The notes under the pieces are model-generated. The model saw nothing but the letters and a program-made list of their open reading frames with translations. It had not been told where the DNA came from and ran no database searches. Positions 8,852 to 16,573 of a stretch of DNA of 32,000 nucleotides are shown here, piece after piece. A program made the position numbers and the translations under genes. Source of the stretch: Acaryochloris marina MBIC11017 (GTDB lineage Bacteria > Cyanobacteriota > Cyanobacteriia > Thermosynechococcales > Thermosynechococcaceae); assembly GCF_000018105.1 (NCBI RefSeq), contig NC_009925.1, positions 5,370,001-5,402,000 on the forward strand, in the 5' to 3' direction. The number at the start of each line of letters is the position of its first letter. The first letter of the stretch is position 1.

Positions 8852-9244
8852 CTAGCTATCCGTTTCAACTTTAGTGAGGTGGATATGCTTGCGCCCCAAA
8901 GTCACCTCGAACATGTCACCCGGTGACAGTTCCATTTGTTTGGTGTAGGCCGCGCCAACTAGCAAATTGCCATTGGTTTGGACAGACACCATATAGCTGG
9001 GTTGACGTCCTGACGTGCCAGTTCCATTACTGGTTGGCTGAGCATCAAGGTCTACTCCTTCAGCATCGAGGACAGCATTCATAAAAGCCATCACATTCAG
9101 ACGCTCTGACCCATCTGGATCAAAGGAGAAGTAGCCACAAGCTTTGGCTTTCGCTTCTCGGCTTAAATCACCGAGTTCTTTGATTTTTGCCAATAGTTTT
9201 TCTCCGGTCAATGGCTTAACCGTTTTCTTCTTTAGTTTAGGCAT
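8852..9244 (-). CDS. cyanobacterial AbrB-family transcriptional regulator (cyAbrB / CalA-CalB type)
   Basis: 130-aa ORF with the lysine-rich N-terminus MPKLKKKTVKPLTGEKLL. The C-terminal AbrB-like fold block is LLVGAAYTKQMELSPGDMFEVTLGRKHIHL. Confidence 0.8.
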   Translation of the reverse strand: MPKLKKKTVKPLTGEKLLAKIKELGDLSREAKAKACGYFSFDPDGSERLNVMAFMNAVLDAEGVDLDAQPTSNGTGTSGRQPSYMVSVQTNGNLLVGAAYTKQMELSPGDMFEVTLGRKHIHLTKVETDS

Positions 9245-9280
9245 AAGTCTCTAATGCAGTAATAAACACAACAGAAAGGA

Positions 9281-9379
9281 ATCAGGGTATCGCTTATTTT
9301 TGGGTAAGCTTTTTTACTATAACAAAAGAAAAAATGAATAGGTTCAACAATAACAATTGATTCATTTTTTTACCCTGAT
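9281..9379. promoter_or_regulatory. nested inverted repeats 37-135 nt upstream of the cyAbrB start
   Basis: Outer perfect 9-bp pair atcagggta (9281-9289) / taccctgat (9371-9379). Inner perfect 11-bp pair aaaaaatgaat (9329-9339) / attcatttttt (9360-9370). T-runs follow the inner stem on both strands. Confidence 0.3.
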
Positions 9380-9650
9380 GATAGGATTTGGTCTTAGGTA
9401 AGGTATCCAAGGCTACCTAGAAAAAGATATCCAGTAAAGTATATATCAAGTTACCAAGAATTGAAGGTTAGGATGAAGGCAGTAAGGATAGATAGTCAGA
9501 TCACCCATTTCAATGGGCAACTGATTTTTGTTTGGACCAACCCTGATTGTGTTCATAGTCAAAATCTGAATTCCCCCATAATAATGACTAAATTGGACTC
9601 GAGACACCATACATATAGATGAGCTAAAAACAAGTCTGGGTGAGTGTTGA

Positions 9651-9667
9651 CTCAACTCAACTCAACT
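9651..9667. repeat. pentanucleotide tandem repeat (CTCAA) about 3.4 copies
   Basis: ctcaactcaactcaact read directly in the sequence. Confidence 0.7.
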
Positions 9668-10014
9668 ATAAAGGCGTTAGTTATAGACTAAAAAAAGTGG
9701 GATATTTCAATACCCAAAATGTACAAGTTCATAGTCTAGTAGAAGTTTTCTGATAGTCAATGCTTTTGTTCTAAGTCTCTTAAGATTGCCTACAACAACC
9801 CCTTGTTCAAGTACTTGAGATTAAAAAAATATAAATGTCTGCTGACCCATCCGTATAAACTCGATAGGTTGATTGACTGATACCCATTTCTATCTATATC
9901 CGTCAGTTTATTTCCAGTAATAGTTTGGGAGTCAGCCTCCTAAGATTGGATGCCATCGTTCTGCGATATTCATGCTTAAAAGGGGGCCAACAATTCTAGT
10001 CTGTACAGATGGCT

Positions 10015-11604
10015 TCAAGGATGAGATCGATATAGCCATAACTGCTGCTGAGGGACGGGGATGGAAATATTGGCTTCGTCGAAGGCTAACTTTAACCGAC
10101 GACGCAATTCTCTAGACACGGCCCATTGTTGGAGCGGCTGTGTTTTGATCCAGACCTTGACGACAGGCCCCCGATGATCAAAATCATCCACACCCATCAG
10201 TTGCGGTGGTTCTATAATCTGTTTTTGCCAATCCGGTTCATCTGCCATAGTCTGGGCCGTGGACTGAATCAGATCTAGCATTTGGTCAATATCAGTATGG
10301 TAGGGAATGGGAATATTGAGATCGACCCGTGACCATTCGCTGGAGAGGTTGGCCACGATGCGAATTTCACTATTGGGGATGGTGATTAACTGACCTTCAG
10401 CATTGCGAATTTGGGTCATGCGCAAGTTTAAAGTTTCAACTACGCCGGTGTACTGATCGACTGTGATTACATCGCCTACCCCAAACTGATCTTCCACAAT
10501 CACTAGGAACCCATTGAGGGCATCTTTGATAACGCTTTGGGAGGCAAGAGAAAGGGCGACCCCCACCAAACCGACACCCGCTAGTAAGGGACCGACATCC
10601 ACTTTAAGCAGGATTAAGGCCACAATGATGCCTAAGCTAATCCAAATCGGAACGGCAATTCCTTTGATTACATTGGCAATGGTGGAAATTCTCAGCAGCA
10701 TCCGCCGCGATGCCATGGGGGAGAGAAAGGGAGTGACGGTTAAGGCTAAGGCAAAGCGGTTGACTAAGGCCCAACTCAATCGGATCAACAGATAGGTAAC
10801 TAATCCGACCCCGGTTAAGGTGAGGGGTATGGGTAGGCTCTTGAGCAACCAAATATTGATAGGACGGGTGTAGGGAAATCGGTCCAAGCAGATGAGCAGG
10901 CAGATTACCCCTATTGCGATCTGCAGAATACTGAGAACTTGCCGGAGTACCCCGAGGAATCCTACCCAAAATTGGACCGGCGGCAGCTGCAGCGATCCAT
11001 CTGTTTTAGGGGCGGCGACTGCTTTAGCAGGGCGTCTTAACCGACGTTGCCAAAAATGGACGAGGCGATTTAAAAGAACGGCACAGCCAATCACGGCGGC
11101 CGTAAGAATCCCCTGCTGTCGCAAGAACTGGGGCTGGCGCTCGGTCCTTGCGCGGCGCAGGGCCACTTCTAAAATAGATTTAATTTGATCATCTAGGGTG
11201 GTGACGTCCAGCCCTCGCAGTTCTGCATCCAGGGAGGTGATGGTCATTAAATGCTGCTCATCAACATAAATGACGGGTAAGTTATTGCTGATCCGAATGT
11301 CTACCTTGGGGTCGACTGAATCTGAGCGGAGATACTTACGTTTGCTGGTCTCCAGACTGTCCTGGACCGCTTGAATACGCTCAGCTAGATTGCCTTTAGT
11401 GGCCGCGATTTTGAAGAGACGGCGACCATCCAACCAAATCCAATCCGAAACCAGAGGGTTTGACAGGTTCGGAATAATTAGCGGCTGCTGGGTTGAGGGG
11501 TTGGCAACGGGACTGGGGGCTTGAGCCCAGACCGGGATATGCAAAAGAATCGTTAGCGTAACGCTAACTAAAGCAAGAAATAGTCGACGGCGGATGGCAG
11601 GCAT
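10015..11604 (-). CDS. mechanosensitive ion channel (MscS family) protein with N-terminal signal and periplasmic extension
   Basis: 529-aa ORF with signal-like N-terminus and several TM segments. The pore helix plus beta-domain block is typical of MscS (GVGLVGVALSLASQSVIKDALNGFLVIVEDQFGVGDVITV...G.VE.LNLRMTQIRN.EGQLITIPNS). Confidence 0.85.
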   Translation of the reverse strand: MPAIRRRLFLALVSVTLTILLHIPVWAQAPSPVANPSTQQPLIIPNLSNPLVSDWIWLDGRRLFKIAATKGNLAERIQAVQDSLETSKRKYLRSDSVDPKVDIRISNNLPVIYVDEQHLMTITSLDAELRGLDVTTLDDQIKSILEVALRRARTERQPQFLRQQGILTAAVIGCAVLLNRLVHFWQRRLRRPAKAVAAPKTDGSLQLPPVQFWVGFLGVLRQVLSILQIAIGVICLLICLDRFPYTRPINIWLLKSLPIPLTLTGVGLVTYLLIRLSWALVNRFALALTVTPFLSPMASRRMLLRISTIANVIKGIAVPIWISLGIIVALILLKVDVGPLLAGVGLVGVALSLASQSVIKDALNGFLVIVEDQFGVGDVITVDQYTGVVETLNLRMTQIRNAEGQLITIPNSEIRIVANLSSEWSRVDLNIPIPYHTDIDQMLDLIQSTAQTMADEPDWQKQIIEPPQLMGVDDFDHRGPVVKVWIKTQPLQQWAVSRELRRRLKLAFDEANISIPVPQQQLWLYRSHP

Positions 11605-11670
11605 TCACGGTTTGGATGGTGTCTCAATGTTCTACACTGGCTGCCAATGCCACCTTCTCTAGGATTGGTA

Positions 11671-12726
11671 CTAGGTGGCAACCGTTGCCCGAGTTGGCTT
11701 GAGTGCAGCAGGAGCCCAGTTTAGAACATCATTCAGAATAGCAGCTGGACCTTGATTGAGGGGCCAAGCAAAGGCGTGGCGGAAGGCATTTTCTTGGCAA
11801 GCTCTCAGTTGATCGAAGCTAATCACGTCTTGAGTGAGGAGAGTTTCGTACTCAAAGGGTAAGCGAACATTGTGAAGACCAGCGTTGTCGGTGCAAATGG
11901 CCACATCGACTCCAGCATCAAAACAACGATCAAACACCACTTGCAATTGCTGAATACTTTGTAAGGTTCCGGTTTTGAGATAGGTGGTGGGGCAAATTTC
12001 TAAGCATTGCCGACGTTGGGCAACGGCAGGGAGAAGTTCTGGATGCTGTAAGGGGATTTGGATACCATGACCAATCCGCATCAGGTAGGGCAGGAGTTCT
12101 GGATGGGCACCGCCTTCCGTTTCATAGAGATGGCAGGTGGTTTTAAGGTTTAGAGAGCGGGCATAGGCATAGAGATCGACAAATTCATCCATGCGATCGC
12201 AATACAAATCATCCCCACCGGCTAAATCAATCCCGCAGACATACTCTGGCATTTGGGCGGCAATTTCGACAATGGCTCGGTTGACCTCGTAGGGCAAGCG
12301 CGCATGCATACAGAGAATTTGGCTGGTCACGATGGGATATTCTTTGACCTGGCTCGCCTGACCAACAATTTCAACAATCTCCGCCGTTTGATCAATCCGT
12401 TCCGTTTGGCTGAGCTGGTCTGAGGTGCGCAGATAAGGGGTATACCGCATCTCCATATAGGCCAGATTCTCGAACACGTAAGCGCCGCGAATCAGGCGAT
12501 AGATAAAGTAAGGCAGGGTTTCGCGGGTTTGAACGCTTTCTACTAGGGTATGCAGTTCTAGGTACTCGGCCAAGGATTCCCGAGGGCGGCAATAGAATTC
12601 TTCAAACTGAGGGTAGTCCGCAAAAGGTTTTGCCAAATCGGGGCGGTTGCGTTTGAAATATCGCCACAAAATCCGTGGCACTACCGATCCACCTAAATGT
12701 CGATGCAACTCAGCGTATAAAGACAC
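11671..12726 (-). CDS. adenosine/adenine deaminase family (amidohydrolase) protein
   Basis: 351-aa ORF with N-terminal metal motif AELHRHLGGS, later GIDLAGGD and CHLYETEG, and C-terminal ICTDNAG, arranged as in adenosine deaminase-like amidohydrolases. Confidence 0.75.
   Translation of the reverse strand: MSLYAELHRHLGGSVVPRILWRYFKRNRPDLAKPFADYPQFEEFYCRPRESLAEYLELHTLVESVQTRETLPYFIYRLIRGAYVFENLAYMEMRYTPYLRTSDQLSQTERIDQTAEIVEIVGQASQVKEYPIVTSQILCMHARLPYEVNRAIVEIAAQMPEYVCGIDLAGGDDLYCDRMDEFVDLYAYARSLNLKTTCHLYETEGGAHPELLPYLMRIGHGIQIPLQHPELLPAVAQRRQCLEICPTTYLKTGTLQSIQQLQVVFDRCFDAGVDVAICTDNAGLHNVRLPFEYETLLTQDVISFDQLRACQENAFRHAFAWPLNQGPAAILNDVLNWAPAALKPTRATVAT
12193..12200. repeat. HIP1 octamer GCGATCGC
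   Basis: Exact octamer read in the sequence. Confidence 0.9.
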
Positions 12727-12957
12727 AATGACCCCTTGCTATGCCAGCCGGAAACTTCTCTTCAATATAAGAAATATTTTTAGAGTTGTGTGGTTAAGAA
12801 TTCATCCCAAATTGGACATATCCAGTAACGCAAAATTCATTCTATTTTTCCGTATCTTGCATAACGAATTTCGCCCATCCCTACAAGAAGGTGGAGACCG
12901 CTCAATGGTGGCTACCGTTGCTTCAGTCTCAGCTCAATTGTCAGGAGAGAATTCATT

Positions 12958-13425
12958 ATGAACAGAATCATGATCGGTGGAGTAACTATTGTTACGACGG
13001 CTTTGGCCCTTTCTGCCTTGACCACCCCCGCCCAAGCCAAAACCAAAGGGTTCAATGTCAAAGCCAATGGGTATTGGGCCAAAGGGCATTGCTATTTCGG
13101 CAGCATTAATGCTAAATGCGTGGTCAAAAATCGTAAGGGAAAACGGAATCCCAAACGACGTAAAGCGACGACCGAAATCATCTCTTTCTATGTGTTTAAT
13201 CAAGGCCATTCTGCGCCTATCAAAACTCGCTGTACCAACAGCAAGCACTGCACCCAGAAATTCGACTCACTGGGTTATCTCAAAAAACCGATTGGTATGT
13301 GGTCTTGTATTCGCGCGAAGAATCTCAATAACAACGGATATCGGACGTTTTGGGTGGGCCTGAGTAAGTTCAATCAGCCCCTAGGCAGGAGAACTCAGGC
13401 CATGGCCAATGCTTGCCAGTCCTAG
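12958..13425 (+). CDS. secreted, cysteine-containing, strongly basic hypothetical protein
   Basis: 155-aa ORF. AGGAGA at 12943-12948 sits 9 nt before the ATG. Signal peptide ends ...ALSALTTPAQA. The mature part has 6 Cys and many K/R (e.g. KNRKGKRNPKRRK). No family recognised. Confidence 0.6.
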   Translation: MNRIMIGGVTIVTTALALSALTTPAQAKTKGFNVKANGYWAKGHCYFGSINAKCVVKNRKGKRNPKRRKATTEIISFYVFNQGHSAPIKTRCTNSKHCTQKFDSLGYLKKPIGMWSCIRAKNLNNNGYRTFWVGLSKFNQPLGRRTQAMANACQS

Positions 13426-13563
13426 ATCTGGGCCATCGGAATTGAACAGCTAGCCTCTTGGGGGGACTGAAATTGAAGCCTTTCTAAAGGACGATTCGTT
13501 GAATGTTGATTCATGCCAATTAAATGGTTTAATGATCTCTGGAACCTTTGATGTGTGGACTCC

Positions 13564-13783
13564 GATGGCTCTGTTAACCGTAGATAAAATCGAACAGCTT
13601 CGTAATCAACTGGAAGCCTGTACGAATCACCAAACTGCGTCAGCATTGAAAGTTGCGATCGCAAGACTGGAATCCCAACTCCAACCTCCAACCCCCACGG
13701 AGCCTGAAACTCAGCTAACGGACGAAATTCTCCAACCCCTGATCGCTCAAGGCAGTATCAAGGTGTATCATCCAAGCCGTTAG
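13564..13783 (+). CDS. hypothetical small protein (72 aa from the internal ATG)
   Basis: The ORF-track frame 13499-13783 starts at TTG; the first ATG giving a plausible N-terminus (MALLTVDKIEQLRNQLE...) is at 13564. It competes with an overlapping minus-strand ORF, and no family is recognised. Confidence 0.35.
13655..13662. repeat. HIP1 octamer GCGATCGC
   Basis: Exact octamer read in the sequence. Confidence 0.9.
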
Positions 13784-13811
13784 TGCTCCGTCCTACCGAT
13801 TGATTTCAGCT

Positions 13812-14690
13812 TTATTTAGGTGCATTCTCCAGCACCATCAAAACCGACTTTACAGGGCGAAGCAGTGGTTCTCCCTGTAAGCTTCTACCCGTAATCACCT
13901 GGTCTTGATACACCAGGGAAGACGAGCTGCCCCCATCCAGATTTAAGGCAGACGCTGCGCCCTGCTGTTCCATAAAATCCGCTAGCTCTGGTAAAGAGAG
14001 TCCGGGCTTTGTAGCAGACTGTTGTTCCACCAGCACCCATATCACCTCCCCCTTGTCTGTAATCCCGACCGCACTTCTAGCATTGGGCTGACGACTGCCA
14101 ATGGCATCTCGAATTACCTGGCCATCAACTGAGTCGGTGAACCCTTCTGCTTGTGAGGTCAGTTGGGGAAGAAGCTGAGGTCCCGCACCCAAGGCGTAGT
14201 TAAGGGTGCAGTCTGGCGGAATAGGCTGGTTGTATGAGGTAATGGCATAGGTAGTCTTAGCGCCACATTGATATTGCCGAAACTCCGAGCGATTGAGGAT
14301 CTTCGGTAGATAGACTTTCAGATCTGGATTATCCACCAATCTTGAATTCTGAGTCGGGTCAGCCAGGATTTGGCCCCCTCGCCGAATATAGGAGGTGGTT
14401 AGCTGATTGGCAGGGTCAAAATATCCCCCATTGATTACGGCAACTGGCTTGGGAGTGCCCTGGGCAAAGTCAGCCACGGTTTGGAGTCCGTCCACGACAT
14501 CAAGACGAACGGTATAGCGGGGATGGTTTGGGATCCGCAGAACATGTACGGTTGCCTGCGATAGTTCCTGCTTTTGATATTGCATAGTGGGGGGTGGTTG
14601 CTGCGGCTGTGGCGACAGTTGAGACGGAGCAGTACAAAATCCCAAGCCCATGACCAAAGACATACTGATAGACCATCTAATCAATCTCAT
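13812..14690 (-). CDS. phosphodiester glycosidase family protein (DUF2233/NAGPA-like), secreted
   Basis: 292-aa ORF with a hydrophobic N-terminal signal and the motifs VINGGYFD and ALNLDGGSSSSL typical of this family. It starts 9 nt after the Rieske gene stop. Confidence 0.8.
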   Translation of the reverse strand: MRLIRWSISMSLVMGLGFCTAPSQLSPQPQQPPPTMQYQKQELSQATVHVLRIPNHPRYTVRLDVVDGLQTVADFAQGTPKPVAVINGGYFDPANQLTTSYIRRGGQILADPTQNSRLVDNPDLKVYLPKILNRSEFRQYQCGAKTTYAITSYNQPIPPDCTLNYALGAGPQLLPQLTSQAEGFTDSVDGQVIRDAIGSRQPNARSAVGITDKGEVIWVLVEQQSATKPGLSLPELADFMEQQGAASALNLDGGSSSSLVYQDQVITGRSLQGEPLLRPVKSVLMVLENAPK

Positions 14691-14699
14691 ATCTATTTC

Positions 14700-16418
14700 C
14701 TACTCAAAGACCTGATCCCCTTGCTGGAGGCGGTGGGCAATCCGATAAGTTTGGCCTTGGGCTCTGGCCGTGGGGGCATGGGCCGCTAAGTAACGGGAGG
14801 CGGCTACTAACCAATAGGGACGGGTAGGGCTGTCTGACCATTGTTCATACTGGCGAACCGCGGCCTCTATTTCCTGGATGGTGTGAAAATTGCGATCTTC
14901 TCGGAGCAGGAGTTTCCCCAGCTCAGCCAGTAGATGGGGTGCTTCTCCTCCGTTAAATTGAAACTGAGCCACCACCTCACCCACTGCCTTGACCTGCTGT
15001 TGGCGATCGAGCAAGTCCGGAAGTCCAGCCAAAGAGGGGGCCTGGGATTCAGGCCGAGGCAAAGGCACCGGAGGAATATTCAAAAACCGATTGAGATAAA
15101 TCCGCATCGCAGCATCAAACACGCCTCGCAAGAGGGTAACAGAAGGGACTCGCCGCAATCCCTGACACACGGCATTGGCAAAGGTAAAGGTGTGATGGGC
15201 AATATCCCAATCCCGAAAATCATTATTGATGCTGAATTGTGCTACCCGCCTAGCAGCGGCATAGGTGACCACCTGGGCCAATTCCACGTCGCTACATCCG
15301 TTCTGAATCGCTCGGAGCAACTCGTCAATAATCAGGGCTGGATCATCGCCCAAGAGGATCGGGATTAAAGCCCCTTGATCCACTGGCGTCTTCTGGGATG
15401 CTTGATAGATGTGTGGCAACGTCGCAAAAGCTTGCTCCAACAGAGCCACCAAATCAACGGGACTCCGCCAAGCACTAGATTCTTCCATCCGTTCAGCATC
15501 GGTATATCCCCTCACCAAGCTGGGCAAAATAGTCTCAGCCTGAGGCCAACCCACCACATCCAAGGCCTCAAGGGCTTTATTGGTAAAGTCCAGGGTATGA
15601 CCGCCATCCAGAAACCGGTGATCGGTGGCAGCAGCAAACAGCATCTCGGCAACCTGCGCTGGAGGCGCATCACTACGGATAGCGGAAACGAGACAGCGTT
15701 CGGCTCCCTGCTGATCTCGAACCTCGACAAATTCTCGAAACCAGCCCTTAAGGGTGTCTAAATCAGCGGTGGATCGCGGGAGAGGCTGAATATCAAAGCG
15801 GGGCGGCGAACCCGCGCAATCACGGGCGACGGCGCTTAAGCCGTGATAGAGGGCTAAAGGTCGATCGTCTTGATCGAGGTGGGGTAAGAGATTGGCCATA
15901 CAGGTCAAGATGGTTAAACCTGCGCCCCATCCGGCCCGGCGATAGCGGCTGCCAAAGGCTAACCCAATTTCAATCAGTTCCGACGGATCGACTCCCAAGG
16001 CCAGTAATGCCAATACCGATTTAGCAATCACTAAGGAGATGCTCTGCTCCAAGCCATCCGTAAGGCGCTGTCGATAATAGGCTTTTCGATCTTGAGGTGT
16101 GGACAGATCCACCCAAATCTGGCCCTCCCGAATCTCCACGGGAAACGACTGGACATCATCTGCCCACAGATCAAAGGTGCCTCCACTGGCTAAGTCAAAG
16201 CGGGCATGGTGCCAGTGACAAATCAGAATGCCATCCTGGGCAGTGCCTTTATGGAGGGGGAAGCCCATATGGGGACAGCGGTTATCGATGGCAAAAATTT
16301 GATCCGTTTGCCGAAAGAGGGCAATAGCTTTACCGTCCACATAGACGACATGGCAGCCCGATTCCGAGAGATCGGCCAGATCAGCCACGTAACTGAATGT
16401 GCGATCGCAAGTCTCCAT
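14700..16418 (-). CDS. Rieske [2Fe-2S] domain protein with a large uncharacterised C-terminal domain
   Basis: 572-aa ORF. The N-terminal roughly 105 aa carry the Rieske ligand pattern CPHMGFPLHKG...(17 aa spacing)...CHWHHARF. I cannot assign the remaining roughly 460 aa. Confidence 0.85.
   Translation of the reverse strand: METCDRTFSYVADLADLSESGCHVVYVDGKAIALFRQTDQIFAIDNRCPHMGFPLHKGTAQDGILICHWHHARFDLASGGTFDLWADDVQSFPVEIREGQIWVDLSTPQDRKAYYRQRLTDGLEQSISLVIAKSVLALLALGVDPSELIEIGLAFGSRYRRAGWGAGLTILTCMANLLPHLDQDDRPLALYHGLSAVARDCAGSPPRFDIQPLPRSTADLDTLKGWFREFVEVRDQQGAERCLVSAIRSDAPPAQVAEMLFAAATDHRFLDGGHTLDFTNKALEALDVVGWPQAETILPSLVRGYTDAERMEESSAWRSPVDLVALLEQAFATLPHIYQASQKTPVDQGALIPILLGDDPALIIDELLRAIQNGCSDVELAQVVTYAAARRVAQFSINNDFRDWDIAHHTFTFANAVCQGLRRVPSVTLLRGVFDAAMRIYLNRFLNIPPVPLPRPESQAPSLAGLPDLLDRQQQVKAVGEVVAQFQFNGGEAPHLLAELGKLLLREDRNFHTIQEIEAAVRQYEQWSDSPTRPYWLVAASRYLAAHAPTARAQGQTYRIAHRLQQGDQVFE
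16401..16408. repeat. HIP1 octamer GCGATCGC
   Basis: Exact octamer read in the sequence. Confidence 0.9.
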
Positions 16419-16573
16419 GCCTACCTCACCTCTGGGGAACCTTATTGCTGGGGGTATCTTCAGGATAATGCTCTAACGTTAATGGGATTTAGGATAACTC
16501 ACTTAGTGCTAGGGTGTGGAACGGTCCTCGAATTGAAAATCTCTCTGCTCCGACTTGTCTCCTACTAAAGCCC

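Noticed and set aside
9446-9655. 69-aa minus-strand ORF (and an opposing 37-aa + ORF) in the cyAbrB upstream region
   Set aside because: Neither has an SD, a family match or a convincing composition, and both strands being open argues for chance. It is kept only as a note under the intergenic finding.
10514-11188. Three alternative-frame or antisense ORFs inside the MscS gene
   Set aside because: The translations are Arg/Pro/Thr-rich, typical of off-frame reading of a GC-richer membrane-protein gene. The MscS frame is clearly the real one.
12392-13363. Short ORFs 12392-12592(-), 12647-12961(+), 12891-13109(+), 12934-13248(-), 13055-13363(+)
   Set aside because: They overlap the deaminase gene or the signal-peptide protein in other frames. 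Only the 12958-13425 frame has an SD plus a signal peptide.
13422-13691. 89-aa minus-strand ORF overlapping the 13499-13783 + ORF
   Set aside because: I cannot discriminate the two with confidence. I favoured the + strand frame because of its helical, protein-like sequence. Both remain low confidence.
14574-16568. + strand ORFs 14574-14789, 14934-15368, 15375-15761, 16097-16327, 16206-16568 and minus-strand ORF 15512-15730
   Set aside because: All lie within or opposite the Rieske gene or the glycosidase 5' end and have Arg/Gly/Ser-rich shadow-type translations.
16514-16573. 20-codon N-terminal extension of the DUF4139 ORF
   Set aside because: The DUF4140-type N-terminus begins right after the internal ATG at 16574. 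The extension (MWNGPRIENLSAPTCLLLKP) adds nothing recognisable.
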